Made by a program: the position numbers and the translations under genes. The notes beneath the pieces were generated by a model that saw nothing but the letters and a program-made list of their open reading frames with translations, was not told where the DNA came from and did no database searches. From Rickettsiales bacterium (GTDB lineage: Bacteria; Pseudomonadota; Alphaproteobacteria; Rickettsiales; UBA3002), in the NCBI GenBank assembly GCA_037968615.1, contig JBBKVX010000061.1:25126-89125 (forward strand): a stretch of 64,000 nucleotides of DNA, in the 5' to 3' direction. The stretch's first letter is position 1, and each line of letters opens with the position of its first letter. This document shows positions 47,565 through 57,080 of the stretch, piece by piece.

Positions 47565-48989
47565 ATGCAGCACGAATCCGAACGATTTTTTGGCACCGGC
47601 GCACTCGATCGCGCCGCCACCACCCGCACCCTCGAGAACGCGCTTGGCGCGGCGGATGACGGCGAGCTGTACCTCGAATACCGCGCCAGCGAATCTTATC
47701 TGTTCGACGATGGCCGCCTCAAATCCGCCAGTGGCGATACGTCGCAAGGCTTCGGCCTGCGCGCGGTGAAGGGCGAAGCCGCCGCCTACGCCCACAGCGC
47801 CGAGATCACCGATGCTTCGCTCACCCGCGCCAGCGCCACCGTAAAAACCGTCGATTTTGGGCAAGGCGCTGTCAGCACTGCGCTCGAGCCCGCCTTTGGT
47901 GCAAACCACGCGCTGTATAGTAGCGAAAACCCGCTCTCCCTCGTGCCGTTCGAGGACAAGTTAAAGCTGCTGCAGCAAATCGATGCCTATGTGCGTGCTA
48001 AGGAATCCAAAGTAAAACAAGTGTCCGTCAGCTTGGCTGGCAGCTGGCAGGTGGTGCATATCCAAAGAGTCGATGGCCGCGCCGCCACCGATGTTCGCCC
48101 GCTCGTGCGCCTGTCCATCAGCGTCATCGTCGAGAAAGACGGACGCATGGAAAATGGCTCCAGCGGCGCCGGTGGCCGCACCATGTATGAAGGTCTGTTC
48201 GAGAACTGGAAGCCGGTGGCCGACGAAGCCTTGCGCCAAGCCCTCGTGAATCTCGAATCGCGCCCTGCTCCGGCGGGCGAACTGCCCGTCGTGCTTGGCG
48301 GTGGCTGGTGTGGCGTGCTGCTGCACGAGGCCGTGGGCCATGGTTTGGAAGGCGATTTTAACCGGAAAGGCAGCTCCACCTTTAGTGGCCGCATCGGCGA
48401 GCAAGTGGCCGCCAAAGGCGTCACCGTGGTCGATGACGGCACCTTCACCGACCGTCGCGGTTCGCTCACGATTGATGACGAAGGCACCCCGACCCAGCGC
48501 AACGTACTCATCGAAGACGGAATCTTAAAAGGCTACATCCAAGACCGCATGAACTCGCGGCTGATGGGCGTGGCCGCCACCGGCAACGGCCGCCGCGAAA
48601 GCTACGGCCATCTGCCCATGCCGCGCATGACCAACACCTTCATGCTCGGCGGCAAAACCCCGCAGGCGGAAATGATCGAAGGCGTGAAACGCGGCATTTA
48701 CGCGGCCTATCTGGGCGGCGGGCAGGTGGATATCACCTCCGGCAAGTTCGTGTTCAACGCCACCGAAGCCTACATGATCGAGGACGGGAAGATCACCCAT
48801 CCCATTAAAGGCGCTACTCTTATCGGCTCCGGCCCCGAGATCATGGGTCGCATCACCGCCATCGGCGACGACATGGCGATGGATCCCGGCATCGGCACCT
48901 GCGGCAAAGCGGGGCAGAGCGTCCCCGTCGGCGTCGGCCAGCCCAGCCTGCTCATCAGCGCCATGACGGTCGGCGGCACCGAGCTTTAA
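47565..48989 (+). CDS. tldD: Metalloprotease TldD
   Basis: LLHEAVGHGLEGD zinc motif and C-terminal GxC...G motif region. Start chosen at the ATG at 47565. Confidence 0.85.
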   Translation: MQHESERFFGTGALDRAATTRTLENALGAADDGELYLEYRASESYLFDDGRLKSASGDTSQGFGLRAVKGEAAAYAHSAEITDASLTRASATVKTVDFGQGAVSTALEPAFGANHALYSSENPLSLVPFEDKLKLLQQIDAYVRAKESKVKQVSVSLAGSWQVVHIQRVDGRAATDVRPLVRLSISVIVEKDGRMENGSSGAGGRTMYEGLFENWKPVADEALRQALVNLESRPAPAGELPVVLGGGWCGVLLHEAVGHGLEGDFNRKGSSTFSGRIGEQVAAKGVTVVDDGTFTDRRGSLTIDDEGTPTQRNVLIEDGILKGYIQDRMNSRLMGVAATGNGRRESYGHLPMPRMTNTFMLGGKTPQAEMIEGVKRGIYAAYLGGGQVDITSGKFVFNATEAYMIEDGKITHPIKGATLIGSGPEIMGRITAIGDDMAMDPGIGTCGKAGQSVPVGVGQPSLLISAMTVGGTEL

Positions 48990-49061
48990 CCGTTGTGCGG
49001 CGCAGCAGGCGCAAAGGCCGACTGTTTTACTTATTGTTTATGCGTGCTGCCCACGCCCCGA

Positions 49062-49234
49062 CCAATTGTGACAGTTTGATGAAGATTGGCGAGAAACCAA
49101 CGGTTATGGTTGCTGCGCACCCCTCGCAAGCGTAGGATTGGGCGGCGAAGTGGTTTTCAATAAGTTAATGTCGACTGTCACAAAACCTTCACAAAAACCG
49201 TTAATACGTTAACCAATTGTTAGTGAAGATGGCG
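49062..49234. repeat. Imperfect direct repeat in an AT-rich intergenic region
   Basis: CCAATTGTGACAGTTTGATGAAGATTGGCG (49062-49091) versus CCAATTGTTAGTGAAGATGGCG (49213-49234). Also TGTGACAG/CTGTCACA (49067 and 49175) and tandem CACAAAA(A)CC. Confidence 0.4.
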
Positions 49235-49290
49235 TACATTTGGATGAAGCGGGAAGAAAACCCGACGCACGAAGAACATGGAGCGGAATA

Positions 49291-49482
49291 ATGAGTGACA
49301 CGTTGATTAAGTTTACGGGGAATGTGGAGTGCTCATCCATTGGTGGCAACCCAGTCGCCGCCTCCATTGCCCGCATGATGATGTCACAGGATACTGCACT
49401 TAATGTCGAACATGCGCAGGATGTTAATTCGCAGGCAATGTCTGCGGTTGCGGGCTTGAACTTGGGTGGCTTTGGTCGCTAA
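49291..49482 (+). CDS. Small hypothetical protein (63 aa)
   Basis: GGAG Shine-Dalgarno sequence 7 nt upstream. MSDTLIKFTGNVECSSIGGNPVAASIARMMMSQDTALNVEHAQDV...GLNLGGFGR. No motif recognised. Confidence 0.4.
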   Translation: MSDTLIKFTGNVECSSIGGNPVAASIARMMMSQDTALNVEHAQDVNSQAMSAVAGLNLGGFGR

Positions 49483-49572
49483 GGCCACGCCCACGCCACA
49501 ATCAGGCGAAAAACCTTCCACACCCGACGATTCGACTTTATAATCCGCGACCTGATAGGTTAAGGTTCGCCG

Positions 49573-49935
49573 ATGAACACCACATGGAAAACCAGTGCTT
49601 TCAGCAAGAACTCGACTCCGGTCGAGATCGACGAAGCATTGCTGCTTGAGAAAGTGGTGATCCTGCTGCAGGGAAAGAACGTCTACGCCGATCAGATCTA
49701 CACCTATTTGCAGCTCACTCTCAAAAGCCTCCAGCAGCTGCGCGACAAAATGCGCAAGCAGGAGGATTTCATGCCCGCCGAATACGGCACCGTGCTGGCC
49801 GCGGGCAAGGGCGAACCCAGCGCCGAGCTGCGTTCCGAGATGGCCGTCACCCATAACATGATCGATGTGCCCAAGCCCAAAACGGTGGCCGCCCCGGCCT
49901 ACGCCGTGCCCCAGCCCAAATTGTGGGACGACTAG
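49573..49935 (+). CDS. Hypothetical protein (120 aa)
   Basis: Clean ORF with a plausible composition. No motif recognised. Confidence 0.45.
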   Translation: MNTTWKTSAFSKNSTPVEIDEALLLEKVVILLQGKNVYADQIYTYLQLTLKSLQQLRDKMRKQEDFMPAEYGTVLAAGKGEPSAELRSEMAVTHNMIDVPKPKTVAAPAYAVPQPKLWDD

Positions 49936-50005
49936 AAACCTGCTCCCCCTTTAACGCATTGTTAACGGCTCTCAGCGTATGCTGCATTCATACAGGGAGA
50001 GTCCA

Positions 50006-50305
50006 ATGACCCGTTTAGAAGAATTCAGCAGCATCCACGCCATGGTCGAAGGCCAAGTGTTCGGCGCGCGCGGCGAGTGGGAGAAACACGAATCCGGCGA
50101 CGGCAACAGCGTGTACGTGAAAGCCATCCATACCCGCGATGTGGAGCTGAAAGCTCGCATCGCCAACCGTTTTGATGAGTTGGGCTTCGTGCCCAAATTC
50201 TTCCGCGAATCCGGCAAGGAATTCGTGGCGCTCGAAAGCGTGAAACAAACGCGCTACAAAACCGTAGAAGAAGCGTTCATCAGCCAAATTCTCGGCAAGC
50301 TCTAA
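50006..50305 (+). CDS. Hypothetical protein (99 aa)
   Basis: GGGAGAG Shine-Dalgarno sequence upstream of the ATG at 50006. Converges on dapB with a 4-nt overlap. No motif recognised. Confidence 0.45.
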   Translation: MTRLEEFSSIHAMVEGQVFGARGEWEKHESGDGNSVYVKAIHTRDVELKARIANRFDELGFVPKFFRESGKEFVALESVKQTRYKTVEEAFISQILGKL

Positions 50306-51111
50306 AGCTTCACCACATCCCGCATCGTATAAAAACCGTTCGGCTTCTTGGCCACCCATTCGGTCGCCACCAGTGCGCCTTTGGCGAAGATGTCGCGGGA
50401 GCTGGCTTTGTGGCTGAGTTCCAGCCGCTCGCCCATGCTGGCGAACAGGACGGTATGGTCGCCGATCACGTCGCCGCCGCGCAGCGTTGCAAAGCCAATG
50501 TCGCCCGGATGCCGTGCGCCGGTATGGCCATCGCGCGAGCGCACGCTCACATCGTTCAGGTTCACGCCACGCCCACGCGCCGCGGCTTCGCCCAGCGCCA
50601 GCGCCGTGCCTGAAGGCGCATCCACCTTATGTTTGTGATGCATCTCGACGATCTCGATGTCGGTCTCCACGCCCAGCTTGGCGCTCGTATGTTCCACCAG
50701 CGCCATCAACAGGTTCACGCCCACCGACATGTTCGCCGACCACACCACGCGGGTATCTTCCCCCGCGCGGATCAGCGCTTCCTTTTGCGTGGAATTGAGG
50801 CCCGTAGTGCCGCTCACCAGAATTTTTTTGCTGCTGGCGGCAAGGCCTGCCAGCCCGATCGCATGTTCCGGGGCCGAAAAATCAATCACCGCATCGGCGC
50901 GCTCGAACAGCTCCGCCGGATGCTCGCATACCATGTCGTGGGCGTAACTCAGCCCGGCCTGCTCAAGCTGGCTGAGCGCCAACGTGCGGCTGCCCGGGCG
51001 AATGCCCGCCGCCACCAGCTCCAGCGTCGTATGCGTCGACAGCGCCCGGATCAGCGCAATGCCCATGCGCCCGCCCGCTCCCGAAATCGCTACCCGTAAT
51101 GAAGCTGTCAT
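50302..51111 (-). CDS. dapB: 4-hydroxy-tetrahydrodipicolinate reductase
   Basis: N-terminal Rossmann motif VAISGAGGRMG, EIVEMHHKHKVDAPSGTA motif. Confidence 0.9.
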   Translation of the reverse strand: MTASLRVAISGAGGRMGIALIRALSTHTTLELVAAGIRPGSRTLALSQLEQAGLSYAHDMVCEHPAELFERADAVIDFSAPEHAIGLAGLAASSKKILVSGTTGLNSTQKEALIRAGEDTRVVWSANMSVGVNLLMALVEHTSAKLGVETDIEIVEMHHKHKVDAPSGTALALGEAAARGRGVNLNDVSVRSRDGHTGARHPGDIGFATLRGGDVIGDHTVLFASMGERLELSHKASSRDIFAKGALVATEWVAKKPNGFYTMRDVVKL

Positions 51112-51158
51112 AATCTTCCCTTATACTTGAACATGATACATATCGCAGGAACAGAAAA

Positions 51159-51545
51159 ATGGAAGCAGCAAAGCATACAGGAATCGTGGCCAGTTTTGGC
51201 GAAGCCTACGAAAAACGCGCCAAAGCGCTGCTTTTCGGCGGCGGCAGCCAGCGCTGGGGCACGCGTGATATGCATACGCTGTGCGAAACCGAGCAGGATC
51301 CCGGCCATACCGAAACCACCACCAGCCGCATGTTGATCCTGCATCATGTGTCGCCACTGAACGATGCGCTGCGCGACGCGATTTTTAAAGTACTGGGCGC
51401 GCTCGGCGTGCGCCGCATCGGCATCGCGCAGGACAAAGACCAGAACGTCACTGTCGACATCGACAACGAGGATTACGAAGCACACATCGCGCCACGCATC
51501 GAATTGTTCGGGCCCGGTACCCTGCAAGAAGGGCGGCAAAAATGA
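51159..51545 (+). CDS. Hypothetical protein, gene 1 of a four-gene operon
   Basis: 128 aa with AGGAA upstream. ATGA overlap with gene 2. No motif recognised. The start could be internal. Confidence 0.45.
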   Translation: MEAAKHTGIVASFGEAYEKRAKALLFGGGSQRWGTRDMHTLCETEQDPGHTETTTSRMLILHHVSPLNDALRDAIFKVLGALGVRRIGIAQDKDQNVTVDIDNEDYEAHIAPRIELFGPGTLQEGRQK

Positions 51546-51937
51546 GTGAGTGCCCCAAACGCTGGACCCCCGCCGTGAAATGCGGCAACGACCCACGCGC
51601 CATTGTCGAAGAAAAACTCAAGCACGGCATGTTCGATGCGGGCTGGGGCGCATGGAAAAAAGATTATTCGCAGGTCAGCATGCGCTACCGCGTGCATGCG
51701 CCGGTCTCGTGCATCGAGTCCTACAGCAATGCGGAATTGAAGCGCATGGTTTTGTCGATCCTCGGCGATTCGGCAGGCATCGAAAACGCGGATGTCTACA
51801 AAGACCTCGCCACGGAGACTCTCAGCATCGGCATTCTCCCGGCCGAGATGGACAAGCTTCAGGACGCCATCGATGAGGACGGCCCGGGCAGTCAGAAACG
51901 GAACATCGTAACCTTGCCGCTCGGGCGGCATGCATGA
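51542..51937 (+). CDS. Hypothetical protein, gene 2 of a four-gene operon
   Basis: 131 aa. Coupled to gene 1 (ATGA). No motif recognised. Confidence 0.5.
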   Translation: MSECPKRWTPAVKCGNDPRAIVEEKLKHGMFDAGWGAWKKDYSQVSMRYRVHAPVSCIESYSNAELKRMVLSILGDSAGIENADVYKDLATETLSIGILPAEMDKLQDAIDEDGPGSQKRNIVTLPLGRHA

Positions 51938-51953
51938 ACCAAGGAGCGAACCA

Positions 51954-52136
51954 ATGAGCTACATTAAAAAAGACCGTCCGGCATCCTATCCGAGCCACCC
52001 TGCCGACCATATGTCGCCCGTTGAAAGCCGTCCCACGCGCACGTTGCGCGCACACGACGCCTACAAAAAGGTAGGGCGCTGGACGGGCCTCGAGCAGGAA
52101 GAACCCGGCGCCGCACCCAAGACGAAGCAACGCTGA
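51954..52136 (+). CDS. Small hypothetical protein, gene 3 of a four-gene operon
   Basis: 60 aa from the ATG at 51954, preceded by AAGGAG. Basic, proline-rich and probably disordered. Its stop overlaps the gene 4 start (TGATG). Confidence 0.4.
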   Translation: MSYIKKDRPASYPSHPADHMSPVESRPTRTLRAHDAYKKVGRWTGLEQEEPGAAPKTKQR

Positions 52137-52588
52137 TGCTGCCTTCGCACGCCAACGATAACAGCCGCGAGCGGCCACAATTTAGTGGGCTGAATATTGC
52201 AACGCTGCGGCAGCTTCAATGGTTGGTGAACGAAAACCCGACATTGCTGCGCCGATTGGCACAGGTAGAACATTTCCTGCTCGCGCGGCAGACCTCGCCG
52301 GTGGTGATTACCGAAACGGAGGTCGCGCAAGATTTCCTTAAACCTTACAATGAGATTATCTTCGAGATTGGCATGCAGGAAACGCAGTTGGAGCGCCAAC
52401 TGGCACCGTGGGTCCTGGGCACGGAGAATCAGCAAGTGGCGGGCCAGTTGAAAGGATTGCGCGACACGCGCACGTCTTTCATCAGACAATGCGCGGATGG
52501 GCTTGAGAGCGCGGATTTTCCACGCGCTGCCAGCAAGCTTCGGGAAGCTATTCCTTCAAATCTTCCCAGAACTCCTTCACGCGGGTGA
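52136..52588 (+). CDS. Hypothetical protein, gene 4 of a four-gene operon
   Basis: 150 aa and helical-looking. Its 3' end overlaps the convergent dnaJ 3' end by about 40 nt. Confidence 0.45.
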   Translation: MLPSHANDNSRERPQFSGLNIATLRQLQWLVNENPTLLRRLAQVEHFLLARQTSPVVITETEVAQDFLKPYNEIIFEIGMQETQLERQLAPWVLGTENQQVAGQLKGLRDTRTSFIRQCADGLESADFPRAASKLREAIPSNLPRTPSRG

Positions 52589-53714
52589 AGAAGCTTTCGG
52601 CCGCCGGGCTGGTGGTCTTGTCGCCTTTGGCGCCGTCGAATTCTTTGAGCAGTTCTTTTTGTTTTTTGCTCAGGTTCACTGGCGTTTCCACCGCGACTTC
52701 GATGTACATGTCGCCCTTGGCTTGGCTGCGCAGCACGCTCATGCCTTTGCCTTTGAGGCGGAACTGGTGACCGCTTTGCGTGCCTTCAGGAATGGTCACT
52801 TTCACGCGGCCGCCATCGATGGTCGGAACTTCGATATGCCCGCCCATGGTGGCGGTGGTAAACGGAATGGGCGCGTTGCAGAAAATATTTGCGCCGTCAC
52901 GGCGGAAGATCTTATGCGGCTTGATGCTGAGAAAAATATACAGATCGCCCGCAGGCCCGCCACGGAACCCGGCTTCGCCTTCGCCCGCCAACCGAATGCG
53001 GGTGCCTTCTTCCACGCCCGCCGGAATGGTAACGCTGAGCGATTTCTCGCGGCGCACGCGGCCCGAACCCGCGCAGGTCTTGCACGGGTTTTTGATGACT
53101 TTGCCGGTGCCCTGGCAGTTGGCGCAGGGGCGTTCGACGGTGAAGAAGCCCTGTTGCGCACGCACCGCGCCGCGGCCGTTGCAGGTGCTGCAGGTTTCGG
53201 GCTTGGTGCCTTTTTCGGCGCCCGAGCCATCGCACGTATCGCATTGGCCGGAGGTGGTGACCTTGATGGTCTGCTGTTTGCCGCGGAACGCTTCTTCCAG
53301 TTGGATATCGAGGTTGTAGCGCAGGTCGGAGCCACGCGCGGCGGAGGATTGCTGCTGCGCTTCCGCGCCACCACGGCCACGACCGCCCCGGCCGCCGGTG
53401 AATTCCGAGAACAGGTCTTCGAAAATGTCCGAGAAGCTGCCGCTGTATTCGAAGCCACCTGGCGCTCCACCGGCATTACCGCCGCCGCTTTGCGTGAAGG
53501 CGTCGTGGCCGTAACGGTCGTAGGCCGCGCGCTTCTGCGGATCTTTTAGCGTGTCGTAAGCTTCGCTGACGATCTTGAATTTCTTTTCCGCCTCGGCGTT
53601 GCCGTGGTTGCGGTCGGGATGGTACTGCATGGCGAGCTTGCGGTACGCCTTCTTCAGTTCATCCTCGGAGGCACCTTTAGCGACGCCTAATGTTGTGTAA
53701 TAATCTTCAGCCAT
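52548..53714 (-). CDS. dnaJ: Chaperone DnaJ
   Basis: J-domain DYYTTLGV...YHPDRN, G/F region, four CxxCxGxG zinc-finger repeats. Confidence 0.95.
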   Translation of the reverse strand: MAEDYYTTLGVAKGASEDELKKAYRKLAMQYHPDRNHGNAEAEKKFKIVSEAYDTLKDPQKRAAYDRYGHDAFTQSGGGNAGGAPGGFEYSGSFSDIFEDLFSEFTGGRGGRGRGGAEAQQQSSAARGSDLRYNLDIQLEEAFRGKQQTIKVTTSGQCDTCDGSGAEKGTKPETCSTCNGRGAVRAQQGFFTVERPCANCQGTGKVIKNPCKTCAGSGRVRREKSLSVTIPAGVEEGTRIRLAGEGEAGFRGGPAGDLYIFLSIKPHKIFRRDGANIFCNAPIPFTTATMGGHIEVPTIDGGRVKVTIPEGTQSGHQFRLKGKGMSVLRSQAKGDMYIEVAVETPVNLSKKQKELLKEFDGAKGDKTTSPAAESFFTRVKEFWEDLKE

Positions 53715-53792
53715 GGCGGGTGTGTAAGCGATTCAATAAAAAGAGTCGAGCGATGAGTTTCATCGCCCGACTCGTTTGGTTACAGGGTCAAA

Positions 53793-55724
53793 CTACGAAG
53801 CCTTCTTATCGTCGTCCGAAACATCTTCGAACTGCGCATCGACCACTTCGGCGTTATCCGGGGTCTCGTCCTGCGTGGTGTCGGAGGTCGGGGCTTCCGG
53901 TGCGCCTTCGCCGCTCGATTGCTGCGCCTTGTAGATGGCCTCGCCCAGCTTCATCATCGATTGCGTCAGCGCTTCCGCTTTGGCGTCGATTTCGGCTTTG
54001 TCGGACGATTCCAGTACGTCGCGCACGGCTTTCACGTCGGCTTCGATGGTGGCTTTGTCCGAGTCGCTTACTAAGGAGGCATGCTCCTTCAGGTTCTTCT
54101 CGGCTTCGTGGGCCAGCGCTTCTGCTTTGTTGCGCGATTCGATCACGGCGCGTTTTTCTTTATCCGCGCTCGCGTTCGCTTCGGCTTCCTTCACCATTTT
54201 GTCGATGTCGGCATCCGAAAGGCCACCGCTCGCTTGAATGCGGATCTGCTGTTCCTTGTTGGTCGCCTTGTCCTTCGCGCTCACATTCACGATGCCGTTG
54301 GCGTCGATGTCGAAGGTCACTTCCACCTGCGGCATGCCGCGCGGTGCCGGGGGCAGGCCGACGAGGTCGAACTGGCCGAGCACTTTGTTGTCAGCAGCCA
54401 TTTCGCGCTCACCTTGGAACACGCGGATGGTCACGGCCGTCTGGTTGTCATCGGCCGTCGAGAAGGTCTGCGATTTCTTGGTGGGGATGGTGGTGTTGCG
54501 GTCGATCAGGCGGGTGAACACGCCACCCAGCGTTTCGATGCCCAGCGACAGCGGGGTCACGTCGAGCAGCAATACATCCTTCACTTCGCCTTTCAGCACG
54601 CCCGCTTGAATGGCGGCGCCGATGGCGACCACCTCATCCGGGTTCACGCCGCGATGCGGCTCTTTGCCGAAGAAGCTCTTCACCAGCTCGATCACTTTCG
54701 GCATGCGGGTCATGCCGCCTACCAGCACCACTTCGTCGATGTCGGCGGCGTTCACGCCGGCATCTTTCAGTGCTTTTTTGCACGGTTCGAGCGTGCGTTG
54801 CAGCAGGTCGTCGACCAGTTGCTCCAGCTTAGCGCGGGTGAGTTTGATGTTGAGGTGTTTCGGGCCGTTCGCATCCGCCGTGATGAACGGCAGGTTGATG
54901 TCGGTCTGTTGCGTGCTGGACAGCTCGATCTTGGCCTTCTCAGCGGCTTCTTTCAGGCGCTGCAGGGCGAGTTTGTCTTTGCGCAGATCGATGGCGTCGG
55001 ATTTTTTGAATTCGTCCGCGAGGTAATCGAGGATGCGCATGTCGAAATCTTCGCCGCCGAGGAACGTGTCGCCGTTGGTCGATTTCACTTCGAACACGCC
55101 GTCGCCGATTTCCAGCACGGATACGTCGAACGTGCCGCCGCCGAGATCGTACACGGCGATGGTCTGGCCGTCCTTCTTCTCGAAGCCGTAAGCCAGCGCC
55201 GCAGCGGTCGGCTCGTTGATGATGCGCAGCACGTTAAGGCCGGCGATTTTACCGGCATCCTTCGTGGCTTGGCGTTGGGCGTCGTTGAAGTAGGCGGGAA
55301 CCGTAATCACGGCGTCCGATACTTTCTCACCGAGATAATTCTCAGCGGTCTCTTTCATTTTTTGCAGAATGAAAGCGCTGACTTGCGACGGCGAGAATTT
55401 CTCGTTGTGCGCTTCCACCCATGCGTCGCCGTTCTCGGCTTTGACGATTTTATAGGGAACCATTTTCAGGTCTTTTTGCGTCGTCGGGTCGTCGAACGTG
55501 CGGCCGATGAGGCGCTTGATCGCGAACAGTGTGTTCTCGGGGTTGGTCACCGCTTGGCGCTTGGCCGTTTGGCCCACGAGGCGCTCGCCGTCGCCGGTAA
55601 AGGCAACGATGGAGGGGGTGGTGCGTGCACCTTCCGAGTTTTCAATGACCTTAGCGGCGCCGCTTTCCATGATGGAGATGCAGCTGTTGGTGGTGCCCAG
55701 ATCGATACCAATTACTTTTGCCAT
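53793..55724 (-). CDS. dnaK: Chaperone DnaK (Hsp70)
   Basis: [14 protein letters not shown]..., [21 protein letters not shown] at 55724 (the ORF track starts at a TTG at 55733). Confidence 0.95.
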   Translation of the reverse strand: MAKVIGIDLGTTNSCISIMESGAAKVIENSEGARTTPSIVAFTGDGERLVGQTAKRQAVTNPENTLFAIKRLIGRTFDDPTTQKDLKMVPYKIVKAENGDAWVEAHNEKFSPSQVSAFILQKMKETAENYLGEKVSDAVITVPAYFNDAQRQATKDAGKIAGLNVLRIINEPTAAALAYGFEKKDGQTIAVYDLGGGTFDVSVLEIGDGVFEVKSTNGDTFLGGEDFDMRILDYLADEFKKSDAIDLRKDKLALQRLKEAAEKAKIELSSTQQTDINLPFITADANGPKHLNIKLTRAKLEQLVDDLLQRTLEPCKKALKDAGVNAADIDEVVLVGGMTRMPKVIELVKSFFGKEPHRGVNPDEVVAIGAAIQAGVLKGEVKDVLLLDVTPLSLGIETLGGVFTRLIDRNTTIPTKKSQTFSTADDNQTAVTIRVFQGEREMAADNKVLGQFDLVGLPPAPRGMPQVEVTFDIDANGIVNVSAKDKATNKEQQIRIQASGGLSDADIDKMVKEAEANASADKEKRAVIESRNKAEALAHEAEKNLKEHASLVSDSDKATIEADVKAVRDVLESSDKAEIDAKAEALTQSMMKLGEAIYKAQQSSGEGAPEAPTSDTTQDETPDNAEVVDAQFEDVSDDDKKAS

Positions 55725-55755
55725 ATTTTTCAATTCCCTTTTTTATTATCTCTGT

Positions 55756-55784
55756 AAAAAACCCACAGTGAATCAGTGGGTTTT
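55756..55784 (-). terminator. Terminator-type hairpin downstream of the pilin-like operon, inside the apparent dnaK leader
   Basis: Minus strand reads AAAACCCAC-(9 nt loop)-GTGGGTTTTTT. Confidence 0.5.
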
Positions 55785-55807
55785 CTGCCGTTTGTGCGGC
55801 TGTGGGA

Positions 55808-55838
55808 GGTAAATAAGTCACTTTGCAGTAAGTGCAAG
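55808..55838 (-). promoter_or_regulatory. Candidate sigma-32-type promoter of dnaK
   Basis: Minus strand reads CTTG (55838-55835), 17-nt spacer, CTTATTT (55817-55811). This fits the alphaproteobacterial RpoH consensus CTTG-N17/18-CYTATNT as I recall it. Confidence 0.35.
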
Positions 55839-55854
55839 GGGGAAAAATGCATTT

Positions 55855-57024
55855 TTACGGACAACTGGCCAAACCCGGCAAATCCACCAACGGGCAGGGG
55901 AAAATGCTTGATACCCTGATGGTGCCGCTGCAGCAGGAGTATTTCTTGCAGACGCCCAGGCCATAATTCATCGAAATCCCTGTCAACAGCACCAATGGGC
56001 CGCCGCGTGGGCTGGTGGCCGAACAGGTGCCGATGGGAAGGCAGGTGCCGACGGTGGTGCGGCTGCCGCCATGGCAGGTGGACACCGCCACCCCAGTATA
56101 ACCGGAATGGGTGTTGGTGAGCGTGACCGAAAGCCCCAGCAGCGTTACCAATGCCGGTGCCGAACAGTTGCCGCCCCAACTTACCACTTCCGCCGAGCAA
56201 CTGCTGCTGGGCGGCGCTTCCTCATCCGGCGCGATGCTGGGATCGATGACCTGCAGCGGTGGCTTCGTACCATAGATCACGGCATCGTCGAAGAACGTGG
56301 CCTGCTGATCGCCATCCTGCAAGGAAGCGGCAAAGAAAATACGGTTTTGCGTGTCGCAATTTTCCTTGTCGATGCGGGTGACGGCGGCATCTGCCCATTG
56401 GCTGTTGCAGTTCTTTTTCGCGCCGCCGTAATTATGCGCACTGGCGCCCAGCGCATCGGGGCCGTGGCTCAGCACCGCATAGGCGGCGTCACTGACCAGC
56501 ACGGTCGGTGCGGCCAGTGTTCCGTCGCGCATTTCCAGCCTGCCTTGCTGCAACGGATTGGCGAAATGCGCGGCGTCGGTCAGCGCTTCGGTTACGGCGT
56601 AGCTGTATTTATTGCCCCAGCAATCGCTTGCCTGTTCGGGCGACAGCCCCATGGCTTCGAATGGCAGGGCGCCGATAAGCACGGCGGTGTCTCCCGCGAT
56701 GCGATCGATGCGGCTGTCGGTGCCGCTGGGCATTTCACGCCCGGCCATCGGGTCGTGCGCATTCAGGCTGCGTCCGGCGGGCAGCGGGTAGCGCGTGCGA
56801 GCGGCAAGAAACCGTTCGAACGCCTGCCGAATCTCGGTTAGTTCCTGCACGGTCTCGTTCCCGCAATCATGCTGCGTGGCCATGGCGTTGAACCGCATGC
56901 CGTATCCAGCCATCAACGCGGTGATGGCCAGCACAATGGCCAGCTCTAGCAAGCTGAAGCCGCGCGTAAGGGGTCCTGATGGCACAGGTCGCTCCATGGT
57001 AGCTGGCGGCTCCAAGGCGACCAT
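55855..57024 (-). CDS. Modular prepilin-type protein A: GspG-like core plus a Cys-rich C-terminal module
   Basis: TRG|FSLLELAIVLAITALMAG class III signal. Core motifs RYPLPAG, IGALPFEAMGL, SDCWGNKYSY, AYAVLSHGPDALGA, ENCD, FFDD. Tail has a C-x10-C-x29-C-x10-C module and ends in Cys-Pro. Start at 57024 or 56997. Confidence 0.75.
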   Translation of the reverse strand: MVALEPPATMERPVPSGPLTRGFSLLELAIVLAITALMAGYGMRFNAMATQHDCGNETVQELTEIRQAFERFLAARTRYPLPAGRSLNAHDPMAGREMPSGTDSRIDRIAGDTAVLIGALPFEAMGLSPEQASDCWGNKYSYAVTEALTDAAHFANPLQQGRLEMRDGTLAAPTVLVSDAAYAVLSHGPDALGASAHNYGGAKKNCNSQWADAAVTRIDKENCDTQNRIFFAASLQDGDQQATFFDDAVIYGTKPPLQVIDPSIAPDEEAPPSSSCSAEVVSWGGNCSAPALVTLLGLSVTLTNTHSGYTGVAVSTCHGGSRTTVGTCLPIGTCSATSPRGGPLVLLTGISMNYGLGVCKKYSCCSGTIRVSSIFPCPLVDLPGLASCP

Positions 57025-57080
57025 ACCATAGGCAAGGAATAAAACAACCTAAGGTTGTTGATATGTAATGAACTCAACCC

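Noticed and set aside
49195-49225. CtrA-type binding site (TTAACCAT half-site or TTAA-N7-TTAAC).
   Set aside because: TTAA...TTAAC is present but with N4 spacing rather than N7. TTAACCAAT is only a near match to a half-site. This is too weak to call a feature, so I mention it only as something to test.
54081-55757. 558-aa plus-strand ORF. Similar long antisense ORFs occur at 30009-31445, 38934-40406, 23436-24842, 57204-58628, 6005-7177 and 8420-9217.
   Set aside because: All of them lie opposite genes with strong family motifs (dnaK, yifB-like, M32 peptidase, P450, pilin-like B, kpsD, kpsC). Their composition is Arg/Gly/Ala/His-rich junk. I treat them as GC-driven shadow ORFs.
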